From: Candidatus Norongarragalinales archaeon
GTDB taxonomy: Archaea; Micrarchaeota; Micrarchaeia; Norongarragalinales; Norongarragalinaceae
Assembly: GCA_038884755.1 (NCBI GenBank)
Contig: JAWABJ010000001.1
Location: 544,001-608,000, forward strand
DNA length: 64,000 nt
Direction: 5' to 3'
Part shown: piece by piece, positions 46,999 to 56,745 of the stretch
Layout: every line of letters starts with the position of its first letter
Position numbering within the stretch: the stretch's first letter is position 1
Made by a program: the position numbers and the translations under genes
The notes under the pieces: model-generated
Database searches by the model: none
Told to the model about the DNA's origin: nothing
What the model saw: only the letters and a program-made list of their open reading frames with translations

Positions 46999-49212
46999 TC
47001 ACCCGACTATCGCGCCTATGAAGTTCGCGGAAAAGAACACCACCGCGCAATACAAGAGTATCGCGATGGGCAAGGCTTTTGCAATCGAAACGTAAGTGTG
47101 CAGCTTGTTGTTCGTGTCTTCGATTTGCGAGTTGAAGTAAGTGAGAATGGCGACTACTTGAATGACATAAACGCCCATTATGAAAACGAAAGTCGCCGGG
47201 TCCGCCGTTGATTTCAGCGCGTCGCTTTGGCTGAAAAGCTTGGTGAGCCCGCTGAATCCTCCCGCGCCCGTCCCTTCCAACTGGGGAAGCGTGGAGCCGG
47301 CGCCGGACTGCTGCGACAAGGAATTCACGATAATGCGCTGCAGCGCCGACACTACGCCCAGCACTATGGGCGCGACGAAAACGCTCATTGTTTTCAGCAT
47401 GGTCGTGACGTCTGCAAGCAAAGCGCGTAGCGCCTGGTCGGTTTTCTGGGCGTTGCGCAACTGCATCGACAGGCCTATCAGCGATTTTGCTGCGACGTTG
47501 ACTCCCAACTGCACGGCGTCAATCATGAACTGCAACCCGCTGCGGATGGTGCGCGAAGGCAGGTTTTTCAACACTCCGAAAGTCTTGTCGAAAACCGCGG
47601 CGTCGAGGGTCATGCCCAGCAAAGTGATGTTTTCGAGAATGCGTTTGAAAACGTCTTTCCCGATCCTGCTTTTGGGAAGGAATTGGACCGAAGAGCGAAG
47701 GGCTTCCTCGATGGGCTTATTTTCTCCAAGCCGCGAAGCGAGCACGTACAACGCGTCTTGGAACTCGCTTTCCATAAAGCGGATTTCGTCCTGCACTCGC
47801 TTTCGCTCGAAATACTCGCCCAACAGCCACAAACTCGCCAATAGAGAAAACCCGATGAGCAGACCGAATATCGTAAACTGCCCGATGAAAGTTCCTTGCG
47901 GGATTAAAACAAGCGGGCCTAAGCCCAAAGCGTTTTTGTCGAAGAAAGTAAAATGTGGGAGAGAAGCTATTGCTTCTGCTCGGGAAGCTTCGTCCAAAAA
48001 ATCCGGAACTGTTCCCAGCGTTCCGCTTATGACCAGCCCTTCATCCACCCCGGCGCCGGCAAGCGAATTGATTTGATTTTGAGTCCAGCCTTGGTCGGTC
48101 AAAAACCCGAGCGAAAGCAAAAGCACGAAGAAAATCACGCCCAGCGTTTTCGCAGGAATCACCGCGGAACCGAGCTTGAACGACCCTCGCGGGGGCAAGC
48201 CGGGGTGGTTTTCTGGAACGTCGGGAGGAACGTAAGTTGGAGGGCGGGATGAAACGATGAAAGAGCCAAAAGCGAAAACCAAGAGGGGAAGGAAAAGGTT
48301 GTAGGCAATCAGCAAATACTCTGCTTTCGCTAACGCTATGTTGGCGAAAGCCCCGCCTATCGGAAGAATAATCGCCAAAAGCAAGGGAAGCAAAATCCCG
48401 AAGTAATACAAATAAACCGTGGGCTGCTGCAGGTTGCGCGCGTACACGTCCATTTTTTCCCGCGCGCCTTCAAGCACGTCGGCATTCGCCTTCGTCAGCA
48501 AATCTTCGCGTTTTTTCGCGTCCCCCTCGAGGACGGAAGCGCGGATGAGCATCAACGCCTGCTTGAAGTCTTCGTTGTAAGGCCCCCATTTGTACGCCAG
48601 TTCGTCCAAAGCTTCCTCCACGCTCTCGTAACGCCCCAACTGCAAGTCCCAAACTATTTCCTTCAATTCCTCCGCAATCTTGCCTTGCCCGTGGTTTGCC
48701 GCGAATTCCACCGCCTTCTCGAGATTAGGCGTCAAACGCAAGCTCATCGTAAGGTAATTCACTATTTCAGGCACGTAAGCCAACGCAAGCAGTTTTTCCT
48801 TTCCGGCCGCCTGCTTGGGGTAGTTAGAGTAAACGAAAGGCGCTACTACCGCAGCGAGAAGCATTATTCCCACCAAGGCCATGAAAAACGGGTTTTCAGG
48901 GTTCTGGTCGAAAACCGCGAAGAAAGAAATTCCGCCTACAACGAGAGCCAAGCCTAGAAAAAGGAACAGGATTCCGAAGTACGCCGAGCGGAATTCCTTG
49001 GGGGAAACGTCCCACTCTAAAAACGAGAACGCCTCCTGCTGTTCCTGCGTGAATTCCGCCTTTCTTCCGAACGAAGGCGCGATTTTAGAGAAAAATCGGG
49101 TTGCGCGCAGGAAAAGAGGCTCTTGCTCGGGCTTTTTATCTCCTCCCGATTGCCTTTCGCGAGGCGGTTCGTACAAGCGTTCCCTCTCTCGTTCCCTTTT
49201 TGGCGCAGGCAT
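46999..49212 (-). CDS. type IV pilus/T2SS membrane platform protein (TadB/TadC, GspF-like, two domains)
   Basis: Multi-TM; two repeats (PEIVNYLTMSLRLTPNLEKA; FQDALYVLASRLGENKPIEEA); adjacent to the assembly ATPase. Confidence 0.82.
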   Translation of the reverse strand: MPAPKRERERERLYEPPRERQSGGDKKPEQEPLFLRATRFFSKIAPSFGRKAEFTQEQQEAFSFLEWDVSPKEFRSAYFGILFLFLGLALVVGGISFFAVFDQNPENPFFMALVGIMLLAAVVAPFVYSNYPKQAAGKEKLLALAYVPEIVNYLTMSLRLTPNLEKAVEFAANHGQGKIAEELKEIVWDLQLGRYESVEEALDELAYKWGPYNEDFKQALMLIRASVLEGDAKKREDLLTKANADVLEGAREKMDVYARNLQQPTVYLYYFGILLPLLLAIILPIGGAFANIALAKAEYLLIAYNLFLPLLVFAFGSFIVSSRPPTYVPPDVPENHPGLPPRGSFKLGSAVIPAKTLGVIFFVLLLSLGFLTDQGWTQNQINSLAGAGVDEGLVISGTLGTVPDFLDEASRAEAIASLPHFTFFDKNALGLGPLVLIPQGTFIGQFTIFGLLIGFSLLASLWLLGEYFERKRVQDEIRFMESEFQDALYVLASRLGENKPIEEALRSSVQFLPKSRIGKDVFKRILENITLLGMTLDAAVFDKTFGVLKNLPSRTIRSGLQFMIDAVQLGVNVAAKSLIGLSMQLRNAQKTDQALRALLADVTTMLKTMSVFVAPIVLGVVSALQRIIVNSLSQQSGAGSTLPQLEGTGAGGFSGLTKLFSQSDALKSTADPATFVFIMGVYVIQVVAILTYFNSQIEDTNNKLHTYVSIAKALPIAILLYCAVVFFSANFIGAIVG

Positions 49213-49260
49213 GAAACCATTACGCTTGAACGAATAAAAACGTTCAGAAAACAGAAAAAA

Positions 49261-51510
49261 TCAGCCGCGCCTGCGCATGAGTTCTTTCACGAGCGAATCG
49301 TTAACCCACGCTTTCCAGTCTCTCAAAAGCGCTTCGTGGTCCACCACTCCGTTTTCCTGGATTTGCAGTTCGCGGTTCAAAAGGTATTTCGAATGAGCGA
49401 CCACGCTGTTTTCCGCTTCCAAAAGCTCGGGAAGGTTGAGCTTGTTCTTCAAATCAACCAAATACTGTTTTTCCTCTCCGCGCGCCTTGATTTCAACCAT
49501 CACTTCCTCCAAGCTTATTCCCCTGAGTTTTTTGAGTTTCGCGAGCCACTCGCTTTCTCCTAGCTTGGAGTGGTTGAATTCCAACGCGTCCTTGCCTGCA
49601 TCAAAGCTAGACCAGTTCAAAAACCCGTTTTCGTCCAGCGGGTCGTCGTTCCATTCTTTCTTCACTTCCGTAATCTCGATGAGCCTGCGTTTTCGCTCGA
49701 GCGAGCCTTTGAAGCGTATTGGAGCCGAAACGACTGCGAAATCAGTTGCTTTGAAACTCGTGGAAGGCACGCCCAAGTCGTTCACAACCCTGTCCCAAAT
49801 GCTGTACGCGCTTTCGCCGTGAATCGTCCCCATGACCGTGTTTCCAACTGCACCAATGCGCATTGCTTCGTAAAGCGCCAACGCTTCTTTGCTTCGCACT
49901 TCGCCTACTATTAAAACGGAATCTCCAAGCCGCAGTGCGGTTCGCAACGCGTCTTCGGCGGAAACTTCGCCTTCCATCACCGCCCCCAGCGGCGGGCGGG
50001 TTTTCAAACGCTGGATGTTGTAACCGATTTTCTTCATTTGCGGAATCGGCAATTCCTGCGTGTCTTCCTGCACGATTATGCGCAGGTTTTGAGGAAGTTC
50101 GAGCATCATTGCCTGCAAAAGAGAAGTTTTCCCGGAACCTCGCGAGCCCACTATCAACTGAGAAGCTTGCGCGTCGACGAAAAACGAAAGAAGCCCTGCC
50201 GTGAACGAGTCCATCATGTTCACGTCCACGAACTGCGAAAGCGTCCACGGCGTGTCCTTGTGCAGGCGGAAGGCGAATGCAGTTCCATCCAAAGCCAAAG
50301 GCTTGCCGATTACCGCTACGCGCGTCTGCAAGTCGGGCAAGTCGAAGTCGAGAATCGGATGCGCTTCGTCGAAAGGCCTGCCGCTCAACGCGCGAAAGCG
50401 CGAGACGATGCTCCTCGCTTCCTCGCTTGAAAACAAGATGTTGGTTTGGCATTGACCGTATTTACTGTGCACCAAGTAAATGGGTTTAGTGCCCAGCGGC
50501 GAGTCGACATAAACGTCGGTTATGCGCCGGTCGCTCAAAATGATTTCGAGAATCCCGTAACCGATGGTGTAGCGGGCTACTATTTCCGCAAGTTCCTCGC
50601 GCTCTTCCTGCGAAAGCAGGATGTTGTTTTTCGCCGCGATGTCGCCTATTGTCGCCACGTAAACTTTCTTGAAATAACGCCTTGCCTGCGTGATGTCGAG
50701 AAACTCCACGTTTTCCGGCCTGTGAGCTGCAACAACCTCCTTGGTTTTTTCGAGGAGGAAATACTTTTCCGGCGGGAGTGAGTATTCGGGCGGGTTGATG
50801 AAGTAGAACGCTTCGATTTTGTCGGGATGCCGGTAAATGTATACTTTCGTGCCTAGGACTTCGTACTGGTCGACCAGCTCCAGCTGTTCAGTTTCGGTGA
50901 AAAAGATTTGCGAGCCGATGAACGACGGTTTTATCGCAGCTTCGAAGAAAGAATGGTATATGCCTCGGTCGGCGGGAATGCTGCCCAACTGCTGTAAATA
51001 TTCTTTCATTTTGCGCAGCAACTTCGTCCTTTCCAGCCTGTCGCGCATGTATTCGAGAGTCGCGAGGTACAGCTTCAAGTCTTCTTGCTCTTCGGGGGGA
51101 AGCACTTGCATTTTCTGCATTTGCGCCTTGACTTCAGCTATGATCATGAGATATGCTTTGAACGGGTCGCCGCGAAGGGTGTTGAATATGCTGAGCACTG
51201 AGTCGTGCCTTTGCGCTAGCGTTTTGCTGCGCTGGTCTTTGCTCAAATGCCGGGGGCTCCACACGCCTTCCGCTTCGAACTCTGAAACTATTTCGGAAAT
51301 TTCCTTGAGCCAGCCCGTTTGTTCGGCGTCGTAAACGCGCTCGTAATACTCGCTGAGCACGATTTCATCCACGTCCGCCTCGCGAAGCTTGTCGATGACG
51401 TCTTGCATTACTTGCGCGTATTGCGCCAAGTCGGCGCCGTACTGCGAGCCGCGGTAGTCGATGACTAAACGCTTTTTACCCCCTTCGGTTTTAATTACGC
51501 TCTCGGGCAT
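49261..51510 (-). CDS. type II/IV secretion system assembly ATPase (TadA/FlaI/VirB11 family)
   Basis: Walker A GSRGSGKT, Asp box QEDTQEL, ALRLG, Walker B IVGEVR, His box GTIHGE. Confidence 0.93.
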   Translation of the reverse strand: MPESVIKTEGGKKRLVIDYRGSQYGADLAQYAQVMQDVIDKLREADVDEIVLSEYYERVYDAEQTGWLKEISEIVSEFEAEGVWSPRHLSKDQRSKTLAQRHDSVLSIFNTLRGDPFKAYLMIIAEVKAQMQKMQVLPPEEQEDLKLYLATLEYMRDRLERTKLLRKMKEYLQQLGSIPADRGIYHSFFEAAIKPSFIGSQIFFTETEQLELVDQYEVLGTKVYIYRHPDKIEAFYFINPPEYSLPPEKYFLLEKTKEVVAAHRPENVEFLDITQARRYFKKVYVATIGDIAAKNNILLSQEEREELAEIVARYTIGYGILEIILSDRRITDVYVDSPLGTKPIYLVHSKYGQCQTNILFSSEEARSIVSRFRALSGRPFDEAHPILDFDLPDLQTRVAVIGKPLALDGTAFAFRLHKDTPWTLSQFVDVNMMDSFTAGLLSFFVDAQASQLIVGSRGSGKTSLLQAMMLELPQNLRIIVQEDTQELPIPQMKKIGYNIQRLKTRPPLGAVMEGEVSAEDALRTALRLGDSVLIVGEVRSKEALALYEAMRIGAVGNTVMGTIHGESAYSIWDRVVNDLGVPSTSFKATDFAVVSAPIRFKGSLERKRRLIEITEVKKEWNDDPLDENGFLNWSSFDAGKDALEFNHSKLGESEWLAKLKKLRGISLEEVMVEIKARGEEKQYLVDLKNKLNLPELLEAENSVVAHSKYLLNRELQIQENGVVDHEALLRDWKAWVNDSLVKELMRRRG

Positions 51511-51631
51511 GAAGTTATTAAACAGAGTTTATTAAATTGGCTTTTTAGGCGGGCGTTCCATGAATTTGCGAGTGGTAGGTCGTCGTGATTAGTGGCTCAA
51601 GCTGGTGGCGTATAGAAGGTCTAAAAAAACG

Positions 51632-54478
51632 CTAGCTCAATACCACAGCGGGCTTGAAAGGCATCGCCCTTGCGGCTTTTTCCTCTTTCGAACGCTCTTC
51701 GCTTTCTATTTCCACGCGCAAGCTAAGCTGTTTTTCCAAAAACTCTTTCGACGACTTTAGGATCTTCTCCTCGTCGACGCTGGCGTAATGCGGATTCGCC
51801 ACCAGTTCGAAAAACGTTTTCTCCAAATACTTTTTCGTAAGCTCGTCCTCCACGACGGGAATGACAGCTTTTTCCGCGCTCCGTCCTTCCTCAACGAGTT
51901 TTCTCACGAAATCCCGCTTTTTCTTCGAGGCGGTTATTATTTTCGCGCCGGAAATCTTGCGCTTTCCTGACAAAAGAGCAGCGATGCTGCGCACGTCTTC
52001 CAAAACGCTTTGCACGAAGTCCTCGCTTGCCTCCGCGTTCAAGTCGATTTTCTTTTCATTGCATTCAGGCCATGCGGCAACGCTGCACAGACCCTTTTGC
52101 TTAGCTTTTTCCCAAAACTCTTCGCAGGCGTGCGGCATCAATGGCGAAAGCAGGCGAATCCACTTTAAGACGCTTTTCGCGATTGCCGCGCGTTCCTCGT
52201 CCGACGCGCGCGAGTCGAAATACTCGAAATCGCGCAGCGTTTTGAAGAAAGCGTTTTGCACGTAATCACGCAAGGCGAATTCCTCGAGGTTTTTCGTGGA
52301 CTCCGCGACTGCTGACTCGAGCTTGGATTCAATCCATTTGGTCAAATGCGTCTTCTTTCCCGAGCCCGAACCGAGCAAGCCAACGTATTTCAGGCATAGA
52401 AACTCGAACTTCGAGAGTATTTTCCTCATCGCCTCTACGTCTTTCTTCCTGAAGTCCAGGGTGCTCGCGAAATCGGCGGTGCCTACGCTATACAACCGAA
52501 ACAAGTCGGCGCCGTACTGCTCTGCAACAGCGTTAAGCAAGACGACATTCCCCTTGCTCTTGCTCATTTTCGACCCTTCGCTCAGAACCATTTCGTTGAG
52601 AGTAATCGCGCGCGGCCAGTGTTTTTTCTCGAAAAGCGCAGCATGGGCGAAGACGAAAAAGCTCAGGTGGTTCGTCAAATGCGCTATTGCCGTATGGCGT
52701 TGGTCGTTCGGATACCAGTACAAAAACTCGCTTCGCACGTCATTCATTATTTTCGGCGAAATTACGCCGGAGTATTGCTTTCCCGAAAACACGAAGTCGA
52801 AAAACGCCTCGTCCAAAAACTCTTGCTTGATCTTGTGTTCCCTGATTTTTTTTATTACCGTGTAAAGAGCCATGTATACGGTGGAATCGCTGAGGCTTTC
52901 GATTATCCACTCGCGGTTGAACGGCAGGCGCGTGCCCAAACCGCGGCGTCGGGCGCAAGGCCGTTTGTCGAGCCACTCGAAAACGTCTTCGAATTGCTTG
53001 CGGTAAATCGGCGGGAAGATGGTCATTTCACGCAGGCATTCGAAAGCCTTGTCCTTCCATCCTTTCGCGTTGAAGTCCAAAAACCACTGGTCGGGAAGGA
53101 TTGCTACTACGATTTTCCCGCCGGCGCGCGAAAAAGCGGGGCGGCTGGTTTCATAAAACCAAAATGCGGCGCCGTCCTTGACGAGCCACTGGGAAACTTC
53201 TTCCTTCGCTTCCACAACTGTTTTTCCGGCGAAGCCCATTGCGTTTTCCTTCATCACTCCGCCGTAAAACTCTGCTTTGTACAAGTGCTGCGTGGCTTTC
53301 TCGATTTTTTGCTTCTCGCGCACGTTCATTATCTTGAATTGTTCGGCCATTTCTTGCGCTGGAAAACCACCGAACCCCTCGAGTTTAATCAAAGGAATGG
53401 GTTTTAAGGATTCGACGAGTTCCTTGAGTTTTACGTGCTCGTATTTTTTCAAGGTTTTCTCGTCTTTCTTCAAGTCCTCGAGTGCAAGCCAGTCTACTAC
53501 GGCATGCGCAGGCACACTGTGCACGAATCCGCTCGCGTTGTCCGCGTCCACAAACTCCGCGGGAAGTATGGGAACGCGCTGCTGCAAAGGCGTTTCCACG
53601 AACTTTCCCACGAAAAACCCGCCGTCGATTTCTTTTTCCACGCTCACCGAATGGTGCTGGAACGAAAGCTTTTCGGCAGCCTGCGCGCTCACGAAAAGCG
53701 TTTCTCCGTCCATCTTGATTTTCGCGTATTTCGCGCGGGGGTTGACGAACAAGTTCGTTATTCCGAAAACGGTTTCCGGGCGCAGGGTCGCTGAAACGAT
53801 AAAGCCATCTTCGCCTTCGGCCGAAAACTTCGACTTGAGGCCCACGAACTTTCGCAATTCGACCGGGTCGGTGTCTCCGTCTTTGATGTCGTCCTCGCCC
53901 ACCGCGTTCTTTTCTTGAACGTCGAACAAGATGGGGTAAGAGCCTTGCGTCAAAAACCCTTTTTCCTCGTACTTCTTGAACTGCCATTCGACGAACTTGT
54001 TGTACTCGGCGTCACCGCTCGTGAACTGCCGCGTGAAATCGATGCCGAACCCCATTCTCGAAAAGTCGAGGATTATTTTTTTTGAAAAGTAATTTACGAC
54101 GTTCCAGGGGTTTTCGAATGAAAAAACTATTTCTTCGGTCTTGCGCTCGTCCTTCTCGTATATCCCGACGTATTCCTTGTACATGGATATGGCGTCGTAA
54201 TCGCGGTTTTTGATTTTCTGGCTTACCGCCAGAACCGGCGTTCCGGTGATGTGGAACGCCATGGGCCAGAGCACGTTAAAGCCGCGCATTCGCTTGAAGC
54301 GCGCAATCACGTCGCCTATCGCGTAAGTCCTTCCGTGGCCAACGTGCAAATTGCCGGAAACGTAGGGGTAGGGCACGGTGAAGAAAAACTTTTTTTTCTT
54401 GGAATCTGCGATAGGCTCGAACGTTTTTTCGGCAGCCCAACGCGCCTGCCATTTTTTTTCCACGCCAGCAAAATCCAA
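51632..54478 (-). CDS. leuS: leucine--tRNA ligase (archaeal type)
   Basis: PYPYVSGNLHVGH, SATLRPET editing domain, WIIESLSDST, KMSKSKGN; probable TTG start 54478. Confidence 0.97.
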   Translation of the reverse strand: MDFAGVEKKWQARWAAEKTFEPIADSKKKKFFFTVPYPYVSGNLHVGHGRTYAIGDVIARFKRMRGFNVLWPMAFHITGTPVLAVSQKIKNRDYDAISMYKEYVGIYEKDERKTEEIVFSFENPWNVVNYFSKKIILDFSRMGFGIDFTRQFTSGDAEYNKFVEWQFKKYEEKGFLTQGSYPILFDVQEKNAVGEDDIKDGDTDPVELRKFVGLKSKFSAEGEDGFIVSATLRPETVFGITNLFVNPRAKYAKIKMDGETLFVSAQAAEKLSFQHHSVSVEKEIDGGFFVGKFVETPLQQRVPILPAEFVDADNASGFVHSVPAHAVVDWLALEDLKKDEKTLKKYEHVKLKELVESLKPIPLIKLEGFGGFPAQEMAEQFKIMNVREKQKIEKATQHLYKAEFYGGVMKENAMGFAGKTVVEAKEEVSQWLVKDGAAFWFYETSRPAFSRAGGKIVVAILPDQWFLDFNAKGWKDKAFECLREMTIFPPIYRKQFEDVFEWLDKRPCARRRGLGTRLPFNREWIIESLSDSTVYMALYTVIKKIREHKIKQEFLDEAFFDFVFSGKQYSGVISPKIMNDVRSEFLYWYPNDQRHTAIAHLTNHLSFFVFAHAALFEKKHWPRAITLNEMVLSEGSKMSKSKGNVVLLNAVAEQYGADLFRLYSVGTADFASTLDFRKKDVEAMRKILSKFEFLCLKYVGLLGSGSGKKTHLTKWIESKLESAVAESTKNLEEFALRDYVQNAFFKTLRDFEYFDSRASDEERAAIAKSVLKWIRLLSPLMPHACEEFWEKAKQKGLCSVAAWPECNEKKIDLNAEASEDFVQSVLEDVRSIAALLSGKRKISGAKIITASKKKRDFVRKLVEEGRSAEKAVIPVVEDELTKKYLEKTFFELVANPHYASVDEEKILKSSKEFLEKQLSLRVEIESEERSKEEKAARAMPFKPAVVLS

Positions 54479-54545
54479 ATCAACCGCCTTTCGGGGGGAA
54501 AAGCAAAACAAATGTTATTAACGGCGGGAAGATTAAAGCGTTTTC

Positions 54546-55106
54546 GTGAAGAAAAAAAACAAGAGCGCTTCGCATCGCGGGGAAAGCGACTTGCGCAAGG
54601 CAGTGAAGTTCGTAGCATTATTCGCCTTGCTGTTTTTGCCCGCGTACTCCGTTTTGGCTTACACGCCGCTGGGCGGCGCATTCGGCGGGATTGCAGCCGA
54701 CTCTTCACAGTTCGCCTTGAAGCTTTTGGGCGTGCAAACGCAAAAAACCGTCTTGGAAAACGGGAGTTACGCGCTGGAAGGCGAGGGTTTCGTCGCGGAA
54801 CTCAACCAGGCTTGCGCCGCGCTCATTGAAATAGCGGTTTTGTTCGCAATCGTTTTCGCGAGCTTCGAAAAAACGCTTGGGGAAAGGGTGAAAGGCTTTG
54901 CGTACGGGACGGCGTTGCTTTTGCTGTTGAATCCCGTGCGCATCGCGCTGAGCATAATTTTCATAGACCCGCTGGTTCACGACGTCCTCTTCCGCATTAC
55001 GCTCGTGATAACCATAATCGGCTTCTACGCGTTTTGGCATTACGGAGAGCTTGCGAAAAGCAAGAGCTTTTGGCTGGGAATGCACGAGAAAATCAGGCTA
55101 AAGTGA
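54546..55106 (+). CDS. archaeosortase/exosortase family protein
   Basis: Multi-TM with catalytic-triad pattern: Cys in NQACAA, Arg in LLNPVRI, His in VHD. Confidence 0.8.
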   Translation: MKKKNKSASHRGESDLRKAVKFVALFALLFLPAYSVLAYTPLGGAFGGIAADSSQFALKLLGVQTQKTVLENGSYALEGEGFVAELNQACAALIEIAVLFAIVFASFEKTLGERVKGFAYGTALLLLLNPVRIALSIIFIDPLVHDVLFRITLVITIIGFYAFWHYGELAKSKSFWLGMHEKIRLK

Positions 55107-55158
55107 ATAGAAAAAAAAAGGCTATTAATATATGTGGCGTAGAAGTAATCGGTTTCGC

Positions 55159-56691
55159 ATGCGCAGCAAAAAGGGATTCATTTCCGCCCCGCTCATAGGC
55201 ACCGTGATTTTCCTTTCGGCGGTAGTGTTCGTGGTTAATTTGCAGAACGTCGAGGCGCAAAACTCTCTGCGGATAGCGAACGACGCTTACCACAACCGAA
55301 TCTCCAGCGTGCTGGAGCAGCACCGCTCGGATTTGGCGTCCATATTTCGCGAGGGGTTGAGCCGGACGATTTCGTATTATTTGCTCAACCCGGGGTGGGA
55401 CGTTTTCGTTTGGAACAACGACCCGAACTCGCGTTATTACAGCACTGCCGCCCACTACCGCAACAGGAACGGGCTCGACCCCGACCCTCTCGTCGACGGG
55501 TCTTTAGGCAGCAACCCCGACCCAGGCAGGGTTTCGCTTGCGGAAGTGAAGTTCGCGAAATGCGAGACGGTAAAGGCGTTGACGAGCGACGTGATTTGCA
55601 GCATTCCCGACAGCGTCAATTTGAACAACGAACGCGAGTACAAGTACGGGCTTCCGCAGTGGATGAGCAAGTTCGTGGAGAACGAAGGGATTTTCGTTTT
55701 CGAAGGCATTACGTTCAACACTTCCAACCAGAAGGAGATCAAAGTTTTCTTGCCCGGCTCGAGAACCGACGTGAGCCAAGCACAGGCGGTTCAAGAATAC
55801 CAGGATTACTGCAAAGCCTTGCTTCGCGGTAGTGTTTTCGACTGCAAGGCTTTCGCCACGCAGACGGACCCGCGCACGGGCGGAAGCCTCATGCGCTGTT
55901 CAGAAGATTTGAACAACGACGGGACAATACAGGAAAACGAAATTCTGGAAGGGTGCGAAGACGGCAGGTTTTTCGTCAGGGTAAACGTTGAAAACGAGGT
56001 TGACGGAATCGAAGTGTACCCAAACATTCCGCGCGTGGAGGCGAAGGACACGGGAGGAAACGTTTTTCGAAGCAGCGGAGTGGGAGAAAAGAATTTTTAC
56101 TTGCCCATCAACCTGCGCATTTTCAAGTATTTCGACGAAACGTTCAAGGTGTACAGTCATCTTGCTTACGGGCCTACTGAAAGCTCCAGCTCCAGGGCAC
56201 CAGCCGGAAACGAAGGAAATAACGAAGGGGTTGCCGACGGCAACTGCGGGCAAGCGATTCCCAACAGGTGCGAACGCCCGGACAGCGGGTTTAACGACGG
56301 CGGCTACGACCTTCCCAACGCTATCAACCCGAACGACATCGACAAGATTGTCAAGGAAGTGCGCAGGAATTACTTCGACTTGGTTTTCAAGCGGGCTTGC
56401 ACGCAGGCGAACGCGCCCGATTTGGACTTGAGGTTTTGCTCTGGAACAGCTTGCGACCCCAACGCGTCCCCCAAGTGCGACGCTTCTCTCGTTTTCACGC
56501 CTTACGACAGGAATGAAGATTTTCCTGTAACGCCTTGCGAAGCGCCCGGCGGTGGAGACCGCGGCTGCGCTTTCGTTGAAAAGCCGGCGTGGAGGTTTTT
56601 GATGGTCGACTCGAACGCCGCTTTCCGAATCGATCCCCAGCGGCCGGTGAACTTCGAGTGGGGGGTGCAATTGCAGCACGACACGGTTTGA
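55159..56691 (+). CDS. large pilin-like/adhesin protein (class III signal peptide), Cys- and Asp/Asn-rich
   Basis: MRSKKG|FISAPLIGTVIFLSAVVFVV; EF-hand-like DLNNDGTIQENE. Confidence 0.7.
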   Translation: MRSKKGFISAPLIGTVIFLSAVVFVVNLQNVEAQNSLRIANDAYHNRISSVLEQHRSDLASIFREGLSRTISYYLLNPGWDVFVWNNDPNSRYYSTAAHYRNRNGLDPDPLVDGSLGSNPDPGRVSLAEVKFAKCETVKALTSDVICSIPDSVNLNNEREYKYGLPQWMSKFVENEGIFVFEGITFNTSNQKEIKVFLPGSRTDVSQAQAVQEYQDYCKALLRGSVFDCKAFATQTDPRTGGSLMRCSEDLNNDGTIQENEILEGCEDGRFFVRVNVENEVDGIEVYPNIPRVEAKDTGGNVFRSSGVGEKNFYLPINLRIFKYFDETFKVYSHLAYGPTESSSSRAPAGNEGNNEGVADGNCGQAIPNRCERPDSGFNDGGYDLPNAINPNDIDKIVKEVRRNYFDLVFKRACTQANAPDLDLRFCSGTACDPNASPKCDASLVFTPYDRNEDFPVTPCEAPGGGDRGCAFVEKPAWRFLMVDSNAAFRIDPQRPVNFEWGVQLQHDTV

Positions 56692-56745
56692 AGCGCGCAA
56701 AAAAAAACGCAACTATTTTAATAGCCCAAACCCACTATTCTCTAC

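Noticed and set aside
43425..51510. Archaellum operon
   Set aside because: No archaellin-type N-terminus and no ArlH/ArlF/ArlG recognisable
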